DNA from: Eledone cirrhosa
Lineage: Eukaryota
Direction of reading: 5' to 3'
Assembly: GCA_964016885.1 (NCBI GenBank)
Contig: OZ024740.1
Span: 355,756,001 to 355,820,000, forward strand
Length of the DNA stretch: 64,000 nt
A program made the translations under genes and the position numbers. Of the stretch, positions 1 to 12,754 are shown one piece after another (positions within the stretch are counted from its first letter, which is position 1; each line of letters begins with the position of its first letter). Below the pieces are notes generated by a model. The model was not told the DNA's origin and searched no databases. It saw nothing but the letters and a program-made list of their open reading frames with translations.

Positions 1-833
1 ACAAACAAAGCAACAGACAGATAGAAATAGAGATTTAGGCTATTGGAAAATTGTGCAGAATATATAAGAATATGATAAGATCTAAATGTGAAGTGCAATT
101 TGTAAAGTGGATAGACTCTGCTGAATGACAACTTTGGCAAATACAGTTCCTCTTAACTTAATCAGAAAAATTCTGTGAGCAAGTGAAGTACTTGCAGAAA
201 GTTAAGATAACAATAACCATACTAAGAGAATAAAAGACCAAAACAAAACTAGTGGGAATTGGTGAAACAAAGCAGATGCTGATAAAACTGAAGTCCAATT
301 TTAAACATTTTTTTTTTTCATACCACCAGGAAAAGGACCTATTTTAAACTACACTTTGGAAAGAAAATACTTTATTTAGAAGATACATTCATAAACAAAT
401 ATATACTAATGCATATATTCATGCCCACTAGACTATGTTAACCTTTTGGAAATGAAGTCTAAAGACATTTCTACACTAAAGAAGATGGGGCCATTTTTTA
501 TAAAACAAAAGAATAAGGATGTTATTTAAAATTCTATAAAATAATTTCTCAAATGTCAAAACAAAAATGTATTCATCATCATTTAATGTGTTTTCCCAGC
601 TAGCAGAGGCTGCACATATATTGTATTTTAGATTTTCTTTTTTATAAGTTTCAATCACTGAACTAAGGCCATGCTGGAGCACTGTGTTGAAAGGTTTTTA
701 GTCAATTATATCGATTCCATGCATATATTTCATCAAAATCTATTTGTCAAACAACTAATTTACATGACTTATAAATAAAAAGTTATGTAAATACAAGCAC
801 AGGGAACACACACATAAATATGATGATGATGAT

Positions 834-865
<32 letters not shown>

Positions 866-993
866 TACTTTGGGAGGGTCATGTTGCCAATAAGAAACAC
901 ACGCACTAGTTGCTTTCACTCCAATTTATTATAAATTAAATTTATAAATTTCTGGTTGGTTGGTTGGTTCCACAACCAGACAGTTCATATATT

Positions 994-1036
994 GTCAAAG
1001 TTCTTTCGACACACATTCTGTGACCTCTTCAGTGAC
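994..1036 (-). ncRNA. Type I hammerhead ribozyme motif (minimal stem III, one mismatch in stem II)
   Basis: Minus strand reads gtca-CTGAAGA-g-gtcaca..tgtgtc-GAAA-gaac-TT-tgac. Confidence 0.6.
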
Positions 1037-1453
1037 TGGGATTCTTTTCTTTGTTTTGTGCCTCTCCTTTGTTCTGTCCTACGCCATCTTGTTTCTGTGT
1101 GTGTTGTGTGCTTAGTTTGTGCATGTGTTACATCCGGGTGTCTGTGTGTGTTTTTATTTGTTTATTTGTTTATTTACATGTTACTGGTTGGTTGTTTGTT
1201 CTGTGTGTGTTTTCATTTTGTCCTTAATTGTAAGTTGTGATGTTGCTATTCCATTCATGTTTTCTATTTAATTTTGGTTGGAGTTCATTTATGTTTATTG
1301 CCTCTGTGATTTGTCTAAACATTGCGTCTTTTCTGTGCGTAGATTCTATTTTTATTTCTAGAGAACATAAAAATAGAAATAGAAATAAAAACAAAAACAA
1401 GAAGGCGTAGGACAGAACAAAGGAGAGGCACAAAACAAAGAAAAGAATCCCCA

Positions 1454-1496
1454 GTCACTGAAGAGGTCACAGAATGTGTGACGAAAGAACTTTGAC
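1454..1496 (+). ncRNA. Type I hammerhead ribozyme motif (minimal stem III)
   Basis: gtca-CTGAAGA-g-GTCACA gaatg TGTGAC-GAAA-gaac-TT-tgac. Stem I is gtca/tgac and stem II has 6 bp. Confidence 0.7.
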
Positions 1497-3084
1497 AATA
1501 TATGAACAACCGTCTGGTTGTGGAACCAACAAACCGGAAATTTATAAATTCTTAAATTTATAAATTTAATTTATAATAAATTGGAGTGAAAGCAACTGGT
1601 GCGTTGTTTCTTATTGGCAACATGACCCTCCCAAAGTATAACTATATCGGTTTCAACACACGTTTTCAGATAAAGAATCTTGCTGAACAAATTCAGAAAC
1701 GAAATATATATATATATATATAATTTCAGGAGGATTTGGTTACTATTACTAGCTAGTTAAGCAAAACACAGGCCATACACTTTTGAAAATCTGCAATCAG
1801 TCATACATGTTTTGAGACCACTTTGCCCTATCTTCTACATCACCCCACGTTAAATCCATAGCTTTCATTTTCTCTTCCGTTAACTTTGGCCATGTCTTTC
1901 TTGGTCTTCCCTTTCTACATTAATTTCTAACACTCCTCTCACCTAAGCAATTTCATCCTTCCTCAATACATGACACAAGAAACTCATTCTATTTCTCTTC
2001 ATAACATTCATCATTGATTCTATTCCTATCATCCTCTGCAGTTCATTGTTTGTCTTAATTAGCCTTAATCATAATACACATATGTATCTCAGTATGGTGA
2101 ATACATGTAGTTACACTGTGACTAAATGAGTTGACACCAAAAAGGGAACCCGACTCTAAAACACTGCCTCAGAAAGTCCCATCCAGCCCATGCAAACATG
2201 CAAAAGTGAACATCAAGACACAGATGATGTTCAATACATAACCAGTTCATTCTTCTCAAACCACCACAAATGTTCTCATTACCTGTGTCCTAACACTCAG
2301 ACATTATACAGAAAGAAAATTTGTTAGTAACTATTTACAAAATTATCTTCTTTTCTTGAACTGCCATTTTCCTCTGCAAAATCAGGAAGAGTGCATCTCA
2401 TCTGAGGATGAAGTCCTGTGAGAGAGTGGTTGATGCAGCAGGTGTTGCTGGCTGTTCTTTGTGGCAATGCCATTGCCATTTTGTCTGGAGTGCAGCTGAG
2501 ATATACCACCTAGCTTGCGGTGTAGAGTTTGTTGGTTCTTCCTCGTTTTCCCTTACTTTTGCTGTTTAATTTTTTCTTTCTTTTTTTTATTGCATTATGT
2601 ATTTTCATTTATAAATAAAATTCATAATTGTTACTAACATTTACAAAACACTCAGTCAATAACTCAACATGCTGAACATAACTCACCCAGAGTCAAATGA
2701 AAATACAGTTCAACAATTTATACATGTCAGAATTTACAAATCTATCCAACCCATTATAGTTTGGGTAGAAAAAGCAATGTAGTGAAAAATTGAGATAAGA
2801 TATGCGTGAAGTGAGAGAGATAAAGATTGATACAAATAAAGAGAGCCATAAGGGAAAGGAAAATAGAAATGAGATAGAGAGAGTGAGAGGGGGGTGGAGT
2901 GAGATAAAGTAGAATAGCAATGTGGAAATAGATAGATAGAGAAAGAGGACAGAATATCTACTCCATTGCATTTTGATCAATGCCAAAGATTTGTTGCCAT
3001 GACAACATTTAAGCAAAAGATCATGAACACATGATTAAACACAGAAACTTATAATGTAAATGTGTAAATATTAAACACACTGTT

Positions 3085-4210
3085 ACACAAGTAGTGTACA
3101 TAATAACTAGACTACTAAACCAAACTACTAGTGTGTACACAGTAACTAGACTACAATACTAGTGTGTACACTGTAACTAGACTACGATAGTAGTGTGTAC
3201 ACAATAACTAGACTACGATACTAGTGTGTACACAATAACTAGACTACGATACTAGTACCTTCTTTATTGACCCTAAAGGATGAAAAGCAAGGTGGACATC
3301 GGTGAGATTTGAACTTAGAGCAGATACCTAGTACACATATCTAATGCTTTAACATTAGCTACATTACTACTGCAAGTATGTACACAGTGACTACACTAAT
3401 GCATTAATGTGTACACAATGACTAGACTACTTCCACAAGTATGTACAGGGTGACAGGACAGTGTGTACACACTGACTAGACCAAATCACTAGTGTGTACA
3501 CACTGACTAGACCAAATCACTAGTGTGTACACACTGACTAGACCAAATCACTAGTGTGTACACACTGACTAGACCAAATCACTAGTGTGTACACACTGAC
3601 TAGACCAAATCACTAGTGTGTACACACTGACTAGACCAAATCACTAGTATGTACACACTGACTAGACCAAATCACTAGTATGTACACACTGACTAGACCA
3701 AATCACTAGTATGTACACACTGACTAGACCAAATCACTAGTGTGTACACACTGACTAGACCAAATCACTAGTGTGTACACACTGACTAGACCAAATCACT
3801 AGTGTGTACACACTGACTAGACCAAATCACTAGTGTGTACACACTGACTAGACCAAATCACTAGTGTGTACACCATGACTAGACCAAATCACTAGTGTGT
3901 ACACACTGACTAGACCAAATCACTAGTGTGTACACCATGACTAGACCAAATCACTAGTGTGTACACCATGACTAGACCAAATCACTAGTGTGTACACACT
4001 GACTAGACCAAATCACTAGTGTGTACACACTGACTAGACCAAATCACTAGTGTGTACACCATGACTAGACCAAATCACTAGTGTGTACACCATGACTAGA
4101 CCAAATCACTAGTGTGTACACACTGACTAGACCAAATCACTAGTGTGTACACACTGACTAGACCAAATCACTAGTGTGTACACCATGACTAGACTATTAC
4201 ACTAGTGCGT
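3085..4210. repeat. 31-bp tandem minisatellite: ~24 homogeneous copies at 3461-4200, diverged copies upstream
   Basis: Unit ACTAGTGTGTACACACTGACTAGACCAAATC, period 31 (ccaaatcac at 3481 and 3512). CACTG and CCATG variants occur. A SINE fragment interrupts at ~3255-3320. Confidence 0.95.
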
Positions 4211-4268
4211 ATACAATAATTTTATTTTCTTTGACCACTTATCCCTGGGAGGGTCATAGAGTCCTTAA

Positions 4269-4468
4269 CCCTTTAGCATTTACACTACTCTATATTTACT
4301 ATTGTATTTTCACAGAAAACACCTCATATAATATCAAATCTATGAGATTTTCATATTTATTTTTAGAACAATACCTTAACATAAGTATGAGCAGCTAGTT
4401 ATGGCCAGTTTGAACAGAAAGAGGCAAGAGAATTCTGGCCAAATATAGCCGGTTTAAATGCTAAAGGG
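4269..4468. mobile_element. piggyBac-type MITE, family 1
   Basis: TTAA|CCCTTTAGCATTTA ... TAAATGCTAAAGGG|TTAA. Homologues at 19855-20075 and 31491-31898, partial copies at ~29960-30130 and ~48940-49110. Confidence 0.85.
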
Positions 4469-4472
4469 TTAA

Positions 4473-4830
4473 ATATGCTTTCCAGAGGGTCATATCTGAA
4501 GCAACCATCTCCAATTGATATGGCTGGATCCCCAAGTAAGACCAACCAAACTCAAGGATGTTATCCAACCATCTTGCTCGTGATCTACCTCTGGGTTTCC
4601 TGCCAGTTGGTTTTGCCCATAAAATCTGTCCAGCAATAATTTCCTCAGACAATCTAATCATGTCTGCAGTATTGGTGCTGTGATCTCTTGATTCAGAGAA
4701 GTAGCAGTTCTATGTGCCCAATTCCCTGATTTCTGAACTACGCACCTTATCAAGTAGCCTTACTCCAAAGATCCTTCAGAAAAAAAAACATTTTGATCAC
4801 ATGATCATATTCTTTCAATCATTACCCAAG
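4473..4830 (-). mobile_element. Decayed RTE-type LINE ORF C-terminus, interrupted by the MITE
   Basis: ILWAKPTGRKPRGRSRARWLDNI...VASDMTLWKA matches the RTE terminal GxRxRGRPxxxWxD...DRxxW pattern. Confidence 0.7.
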
Positions 4831-5816
4831 CATTTTATGACACAAAACTCTTTATTTTAAAATATTCATATTTATATTAAAATCTTCCACTGACTTGTTT
4901 TAAAGAAATTTTTGTTAAGTAATGATTCCATTATCAATTTAATAAGGAAGAGGTTAATTATTTTATGAAATTCTTCCAAATTTTGTTATGATTTCCCAAA
5001 TGAATTGAAATACAAATATAATGTATTTCATGAGATATATGGCAACAAAAGGGCTAAACTATTCAGTCATTCTAGAGTCAGCCCGTTACTCCAGATAGAA
5101 TGGCTCTGTCAGCACATCTCCACTATTCTCCAGGGTAATACCTTTTCAATTTTGTCTGCTGGGGCCATGTGGCAACATCCACCTGAAGTTCTACACATCA
5201 GAAACACAGAATGAGCAAATGAAAACACATGACAATCCCCTATTGGCTGGTTTGTGCTGTTATCATTAGCTACTACACACATGTATACATATATACAATA
5301 CAATACAACACACTGAAACAAAGCAAAAACAAAGTCCCTATATGTCTACATATGTTTCATAATTAGAAGTTGTTTACATATATATAATATTAGAAACAGT
5401 AGCTGCCATTGTACTGGTTTATTAACCTCTAAAGTAAATACACTCCCATGAATTCCCAATATTTAAAATAGATTGTTTTAAAAAGATGCTGAAAAAATTC
5501 TGTTGGTCTGACGTTGTTGGTTTAATTACAATTGTTGCATGCAAGTAATTAAGGAGATAGTTCAAGTTGAGCCTCATAAAAAGGCACAAAATAATGAACA
5601 ACCTGAAAGTCACATTGTCTATGACTCTTTAACAATATGTGTTCTATGCAAAATTTATGTTATCTAGTATAAAATTGTGACCTACAACTTTCAATATATA
5701 TACATTAATTTTATATTATAACACCTGTAGTTTTTTGTCCATATGTCATAAACATTCTAAATTTTCACAAATCTAAGACAAAAAAATGAGGTGAGTGTGA
5801 AAATGTTATACAATAT

Positions 5817-5966
5817 GTTTTCTGTCAATGGTGTTAGCGGTCTCCTATCTCTTTATATATATTATGCATATATTGCGTCATATCATATAATTGCCATTAT
5901 GCAATTCAGCATAACTCATATAAAAGACACAAGATAGGACTTAAGCCTTGAAACATGTGTAAGAAA
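5817..5966 (+). ncRNA. Decayed hammerhead-like motif with a long stem II, at a PLE-like 3' end
   Basis: tttt-CTGTCAA (two changes from CTGACGA)-tgg...TCCTATCT...AGATAGGA...cctt-GAAA-CATGTG-TA-agaa, then AATAAA and (TA)n at ~6002. Confidence 0.35.
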
Positions 5967-6174
5967 TAAAATGACGTAACTTCATCCGTTTTTTAAATCA
6001 TTATATATATATATATAAATATTAATTCGAGTATGTGTTGATTAATCACTGACACTTCAGTATGCAGGGTAGAGCACTCAACAAAGTGTGCGGCTGGTCT
6101 GATAACCCTGTAGTATATTCATAAACAAGAAGTGTAATTCAACAGGTTAAAATTAACTTCCTTTATTCATAGTC

Positions 6175-6231
6175 ACTGTTATATATATTTCAGTGATAAC
6201 TTATGCAACAGCTATGACCTCATCAGACAAC
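6175..6231 (-). ncRNA. Type I hammerhead ribozyme motif in a PLE-like pseudo-LTR fragment (~6020-6350)
   Basis: Minus strand reads gttgt-CTGATGA-GGTCATAGCT gttgcata AGTTATCACT-GAAA-TATATA-TA-acagt, followed by AATAAA and a tail running to (TA)n. Confidence 0.75.
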
Positions 6232-6382
6232 CAGAATTTGAAGAGAAAAACATAATAATGGAATAACGCTTACTTCTGTTATTTCGATATTTGATATGCT
6301 CTGTGCTGAATTTTGGTGTTGCTTTCTCAAGGCACCGTATCATATATAACTGATTATGAATAAGTAAAGTTGATTTTAAACT

Positions 6383-6422
<40 letters not shown>

Positions 6423-7160
6423 CGAGAGAGCGAGAGAGCGAGAGAGCGAGAGAGCGAGAGCGAGAGAGAGCGAGAGCGAGAGAGAGAGAACCAAGTCAGT
6501 CTTACACCTAAGGACAGAAAAAAATTCCGGCAACCACTACAGGGAATTGAAAACTGTCCTCAAATTCCAGTTAAGTGCTCCATACCACTATTTTGTTAAA
6601 TGGCCCCAACAACAATTACCATCAAAATTGATTCTAAGTAATCAGCTTTAAATGTAATGACATTTGTGAACAAACCATTAGAGTGTCGAGTGGATTGAAA
6701 TTTTTAGAAAATGTAGAAGATAAGTGAATACAGTTGATTGTGATAAATAGTAGCTTAGAAAAATGAGGTAAAATATTCCTATAGACAGAAAAAATTTGCC
6801 AACAGATGCGACAAAGAATCAAAATCTGTACCGCTCAAATTCCAGCCGTGTGTATGTGTGTATATATATATGCATGATGGCTGCAAACTAAGAGTTTGGT
6901 GCACTTTTAGGTTATGGCCAGTCACACAAACCTGTAACATATCCTGGAAAAAAATGCCTGTGTTTTGAACAACTGAGGGCCTTTCACTCCCAGGTTAAAA
7001 AAAAAAAAAGGACTATTCAGATGGCCATTGACCCTGTTGACTTCCTCCGCCCTTTACTGGATCTTGTATTTTATCCTGCAGGGTGTCCAAATATCACCCT
7101 CCTCACCAAGCAAGCTTGGTGGGGTTCCCGGTTTAGTTGCTGCTGACCTGACCATGAGAC

Positions 7161-7195
<35 letters not shown>

Positions 7196-8410
7196 AACTT
7201 GGAAGCAAGGACTAGAAAGAAAGGGTTTCAAAGTCAACCTGACAAAGACTAAGGTCCTTGTAAGTAGACGAGAAAACAGAACCCAGATCCCCTCAGGGAA
7301 ATGGCCTTGCTCAGTATGTAGGAAAGGTGTAGGTAGGAACTCCATTCTCTGCCCCAAATGCAAACAATGGGTACACAAGAGATGTAGTGGGATCTCAGGA
7401 AGCTTAACTGAGAATGTAGGCTTCACATGCAGCAGCTGTGCTGGGACAGCAAGCAGCAAACAGCCACAGGAAACAAGTACCACCAATCTCTGGAAGGGCT
7501 CTGTAGAAACAGTAGACAGCTTCTGCTACCTAGGTGACCGAATTAACAGTGGTGGTGGGTGTTCGGAAAGTACAATAACTAGGGTAAGAACGGGATGGAA
7601 GAAGTTCAGGTAGCTACTGCCACTGCTAACTGCAAAAGGCTTTTCCCTCAAAATGAAAGGCAGACTGTATGATGCATGTATACAAACAGCAATGTAACAT
7701 GGTAGTGAGACCTGGGCGCTGTCTGTGGAAGACTTGCATAGATTAGAAAGAAACGAAGCCTGCATGTTCCAATAGATGTGTAATAGTAATATACGCGAAC
7801 GGCAAAGCATAAATGAATTGAGAGAGAGACTGAGCATAAGAGGAATCAAATACTGCGTGCAGGAGAGGTGGTTGCATTGGTATGGACATGAGATGCGTAT
7901 GAAGGATGATAGCTGCATAAAAAGGTGCAGAGCACTAGAAGTCGATGGAAGCCGCAGAGTGGGGAGACCCAAGAAGACCTGGGTTGAGGTGATAAAAGCC
8001 AACCTAACCCAATTACACCTCTCAAAGGTGATGACACACGACCGTGACCTCTGGCGTCACGCAGTAATACAGAGTACCCGACCCCCCACGAGTACAAGCC
8101 GAAGCTGAAGCATATATACAATATGCCCCCACACCCTCCCACTGCAAAGTGGTCATGGAGGTGCCATGGCAAAAAAGCACCCAGCCCACACTGTAAAGTG
8201 GACGTATAGGCGCCACAGACAAAAGCACCCAGCACACACTGTAAATGAGGTTGGTGTTAGGAAGGGCATCCAGCTGTAGAAATCAAGCCAGAATCAGTTC
8301 TCGTATGAGCAAGGCATGGTCTGCTGACCGGACACTGCCGACAACAGTACAACCCGTCTAACCCATGCTAGCGTGGAAGAACGGATGTAAAACGGTGATG
8401 ATGATGATGA
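7196..8410 (+). mobile_element. 5'-truncated RTE LINE with stops and frameshifts
   Basis: Near-identical to 13811-15010. Contains the PHD-like finger, FCYLG, RWLHWYGH..GRPKKTW..DRDLWR, the 3' UTR and a (GAT)n tail. The 5' end lies in (TA)n. Confidence 0.92.
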
Positions 8411-8411
8411 T

Positions 8412-8948
8412 ACCACATTGAATTCTTCAACAAACTCATTACCTATTCACAGTTTACTGATAGCTCCACTGTACAAGGCTGCTTTCACAAACCACTCATC
8501 TACATTCAATTTCCCTAAGTATCACCAAATAACAGATCATGATACTCTACAAAAGCTAGGTATAATGGCTTATATTTAATTAAAATTGTCATTTGTAGCT
8601 GTCTTACTAGGAAGAGAGCATCTGTAAGGCTTTTTCCTGACACAAGGCTAAACTGCATCTCATTTAATTTGGTTCCTTAATTAGATGACCCAGAATGCTT
8701 TCTGTCACATTCAAAATTTGATTCATCAATTTTATGCTTCCATAATAGCTTATTTCTAGATATATAAGTATATTATATACTTAGGTAATAAATATACAAT
8801 GTCTTGCATATCAGTAAAATCATTAATTGTTACAGGGTAAAAGGTGATGCTCTAGAAATAAGCAATTATGGAAGCATAAAATTGATGAATCAAATTCTGA
8901 ATGTGACAGAAAGCATTCTGGGTCATCTAATTAAGGAACCAAATTAAA
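8412..8948. mobile_element. Old RTE RT fragment split by an inversion with a ~100-bp inverted duplication
   Basis: Plus strand ~8795-8948 encodes IINCY..KGDALE.SNYGSIKLMNQ. It continues on the minus strand 8760->8412 (GKSLTDALFLVRQLQ, KPLYLAFV, DEWFVKA). 8659-8760 is the reverse complement of 8851-8951. Confidence 0.75.
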
Positions 8949-9537
8949 TGAGCATAAGAGGAATCAAATGCTGTGTGCAGGAGAGGCAGTTGCGTTGGTA
9001 TGGACATGAGATGGGTATGAAGGATGATAGCTGCATAAAAAGGTGCAGAGCACGAGAAGTCGATGGAAACCGTGGAGTGGGGAGACCCAAGAAGACCTGG
9101 GATGAGATGATAAAAGCTAACCTTACCCAATTACACCTCTCAAAGGCGATGACACATGACCGTGACCTCTGGCGTCACGCAGTAACACAAAAGACGCAAC
9201 CCCCCCTCCCCCCCACACGGGTACAAGCCGAAGCTGAAGCATATAGACAATATACCCCCACACCCTCCTACTGCAAAGTGGTCGTGGAGGCACATGGCAA
9301 AAAAAAAGCACCCAGCCCACACTGTAAAGTGGACATGTAGGCGCCACGGAAAAAAAAGCACCCAGCACTCACTGTAAATGAGGTTGGTGTTAGGAAGGAC
9401 ATCCAGCTGTAGAAATCAAGCCAGTATCAGTTCACGTATGAGCAAGACAAGGTCAGCCGACCGTACACTGCCCACAACAGGACAACCCGTCTAACCCATG
9501 CTAGCATGGAAGAACGGACGTAAAACGGTGATGATGA
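8949..9537 (+). mobile_element. RTE LINE 3' fragment
   Basis: SIRGIKCCVQERQLRWYGH..GRPKKTWDE..DRDLWR plus the shared 3' UTR and (GAT)n tail. Confidence 0.9.
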
Positions 9538-9610
9538 CACATATTACATACATCTATATATCCACATATACATACATACACACACAATATATATATATAT
9601 ATATATATAT

Positions 9611-10195
9611 CTACGTTGGTATGGACACGTGATGCGCATGAAAGTCGATAGCTGTATAACAAAGTGCAGGGCAATAAAGATAGACGGTAGCCACGGAATA
9701 GGCAGACCTAGAAAAACCTGGGATGAGCTGATAAACTCCGACCTCACACACTTACACCTCTCCAAGACAATGTCACTGGACCGAGACCTTTGGCGGTACT
9801 CAGTAACAGAGAAGACCCACCTTGCCAGTAGGCATCTCTAACAAAATACACCCCGTCCCGCCACCACCCCCACCCCATCCACACCACCCCGTTCTATGTA
9901 AAGTTATGTTGGTGCCGCGCCATCCAGGCCGAAACAAATGAGATCGTGTAGGTGTCACGACAAAAAAACACACAGTCCACGCTGTAATGTGACCGTGTAG
10001 GCAACACGGTAAAAACCTCCCAGACCCACACTGTAAATGTGGTTGGTGTTAGGAAGGGCATCCAACTGTAGAAAACCTGCCAGACAGTCCTATGCGAGCA
10101 AGACAATCACTCTTGCTTCAAGTGGGACTACCCCCGTCCAAACCCATGCAAGCGTGGAACACGGACGTTAAACGTTGTTGATGATGATGATGATG
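9611..10195 (+). mobile_element. RTE LINE 3' fragment, second subfamily
   Basis: LRWYGHVMRM..GRPRKTWDELINSDL..DRDLWR, 3' UTR and (GAT)n tail. The 5' end lies in (TA)n. Confidence 0.9.
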
Positions 10196-10675
10196 ATATA
10201 AACGCACATGCACACACAGATACCACACAAAGTTTGGTGAAGAAACCAAACATTACTTATTCTGTCAATAAATATACGTTATGAAGATACGTTATGTCAA
10301 CCTACTTTTTAGGCATTCATTCTGTAACAGAACTAACTTACATAAAAACAAACTATAACATTTTATTATAACTATTGAATTTCCAAAGCTGAAAATTTCT
10401 GAGATAAATTGATATTTAGATGAAGTAGGTCTGCACAAATTTAGAAGAGGGTTTGTAAAATGTCAATAGCACTGATTCAATGACATCAACAAATATCAAC
10501 ACATCATCAACACATCATCTTTTCACACACACACACACACACACACGTGTGTATGTGATGTTTTTATGTGTATGTATTTAAACACATTTTTAAATGAAAA
10601 TGATTCATATATGTATATATACATTTATATGTTTGTATGTATATATGTAAGCACACACCCATAATGTTAAATGAG

Positions 10676-11410
10676 TTTTTATATATATATATATATATAT
10701 ATTTTTACACATATATATATATATATTTTTACACATATATATATATATATATTTTTACACATATATATATATATATATTTTTACACATATATATATATTT
10801 TTACATATATATATATTTTTACATATATATATTTTTACATATATATCTATATTTTTACATATATATCTATATATTTTTACATATATATATGTATTTTTAC
10901 ATATATATATGTATTTTTACATATATATATATGTAAAAATATATATATATATATATGTAAAAATATATATATATATATGTAAAAATATATATATATATAT
11001 ATGTAAAAATATATATATATATATGTAAAAATATATATATATATATGTAAAAATATATATATATATATATATGTAAAAATATATATATATATATATGTAA
11101 AAATATATATATATATATATGTAAAAATATATATATATATATGTAAAAATATATATATATATATGTAAATATATATATATATATATGTAAAAATATATAT
11201 ATATATATGTAAAAATATATATATATATATATATGTAAAAATATATATATATATATATATGTAAAAATATATATATATATGTAAAAATATATATATATAT
11301 GTAAAAATATATATATATATGTAAAAATATATATATATATATATGTAAAAATATATATATATATATATGTAAAAATATATATATATATATGTAAAAATAT
11401 ATATATATAT
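10676..11410. repeat. Compound (TA)n satellite with periodic GTAAAAA/TTTTTAC interruptions; polarity flips at ~10925
   Basis: TTTTTACATATA units to ~10920, then TATATGTAAAAA units. Confidence 0.9.
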
Positions 11411-11565
11411 TGTTATACTTTGGGAGGGTCATGTTGCCAATAAGAAACACACGCACCAGTTGCTTTCACTTCAATTTAATTTATTATATATTTATAAATT
11501 TACAAATTTATAAATTTCTGGTTGGTTGGTTGGTTCCACAACCAGATAGTTGTTTATATATATAT

Positions 11566-11608
11566 AGTCATAGTTCTTTCGTCACACACTGTGACCTCTT
11601 CAGTGACT
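11566..11608 (-). ncRNA. Type I hammerhead ribozyme motif
   Basis: Minus strand reads agtca-CTGAAGA-g-GTCACA gtg TGTGAC-GAAA-gaac-TA-tgact. Confidence 0.75.
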
Positions 11609-12311
11609 GGGGATTTCTTTCTTCGTTTCTGTGCCTTTCCTTTCTTCTATCCTACGTCATTTTGTTTGTGTGTGTGGGTTGCGTGCTCAGTTTGCGCATG
11701 CGCCACATCCGGGTGTCTGTGTGTGTTTGTATTCATTTTTTTTTTATTTTTTTTTTTTATTTTTCTATTTATATTTTTCTATTTGTTTGTTTATTTATTT
11801 ATTTATTGTTGGTTGGTTGTTTGTTCTATGTGTGTGTGTGTTTTCATTTTGTCTTGTGTGTGTTTTCATTTTGTGTGTGTTTTCAATTGTAAGTTGTTTG
11901 TTCTATGTGTGTGTGTGTTTTCATTTTGTCCTTAATTGTAAGTTGTGATGTTGCTGTTCCACTCATATTTTCTATTTAATTTTGGTTTTAATTCTTTTAT
12001 GCTTACTGCCTCTGTAATTTGCCTAAACATTGCGTCTTTCTTGTGTGTGGATTCTATTTTTATTTCTATGCTCTCTAATTTACCCCTGTGTTCTATCTTA
12101 GCATGTTGGTAGAGCACAGATGATTCTTTACTATCTTGGAGGTCTCGCCAGTGTTCATTTATTCGTTCCCCTATACTACGAGCTGTCTCACCTATGTACA
12201 CTATATTTTTGTTTCTACATTGTCCTAAACTGAGCACGCAACCCACACACACAAACAAAATGACGTAGGATAGAAGAAAGGAAAGGCACAGAAACGAAGA
12301 AAGAAATCCCC

Positions 12312-12356
12312 AGTCACTGAAGAGGTCACAGAGTGTGTGACGAAAGAACTATGACT
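12312..12356 (+). ncRNA. Type I hammerhead ribozyme motif
   Basis: agtca-CTGAAGA-g-GTCACA gagtg TGTGAC-GAAA-gaac-TA-tgact. Predicted cut after CUA at 12351. Confidence 0.78.
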
Positions 12357-12572
12357 ATATATATATAAACAACTATCTGGTTGTGGAACCAACCAACCAA
12401 CCAGAAATTTATAAATTTGTAAATTTATAAATATATAATAAATTAAATTGAAGTGAAAGCAACTGGTGCGTGTGTTTCTTATTGGCAACATGACCCTCCC
12501 AAAGTATAACAATATCGGTTTCAACACACGATTTCAGATAAAGAATCTTGCTAAACAAATTCAGAAACGAAA

Positions 12573-12664
12573 TATATATATATATATATGTAAAAATATA
12601 TATATATATATAAAAATATATATATATAAAAATATATATATATATATAAAAATATATATATATA

Positions 12665-12754
<90 letters not shown>

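Larger units (their letters stand above)
862..1703 (-). mobile_element. 5'-truncated Penelope-like element with an inverted second pseudo-LTR, inserted in (TA)n
   Basis: Minus-strand GIY-YIG C-terminus (EIKIESTHRKDAMFRQITEAININELQPKLNRKHEW, 1224-1365). 862-1093 is the reverse complement of ~1395-1642. Each arm holds a hammerhead motif. Both ends abut (TA)n. Homologous to 11411-12572. Confidence 0.85.
11411..12572 (-). mobile_element. 5'-truncated Penelope-like element (GIY-YIG end) with an inverted second pseudo-LTR
   Basis: ORF 11932-12225(-) reads CRNKNIVYIGETARSIGERINEHW..LYQHAKIEH..FRQITEAVSIKELKPKLNRKYEW. 11411-11693 is the reverse complement of 12227-12511. Flanked by (TA)n. Confidence 0.9.

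Noticed and set aside
2283-2567. GC-richer stretch with short ORFs and a CAG|GTAAT donor on the minus strand
   Set aside because: All frames stop before the donor and no homology was recognised.
3461-4200. CRISPR-like appearance of a 31-bp palindromic repeat
   Set aside because: The units are contiguous with no unique spacers, there are no cas genes, and the context is eukaryotic.
5142-5602. Possible minus-strand exons (5142-5182 and ~5427-5602) with AG/GT borders
   Set aside because: No recognisable protein. The 41-nt exon hits a stop in the phase required by the candidate first exon, and such sites are common by chance.
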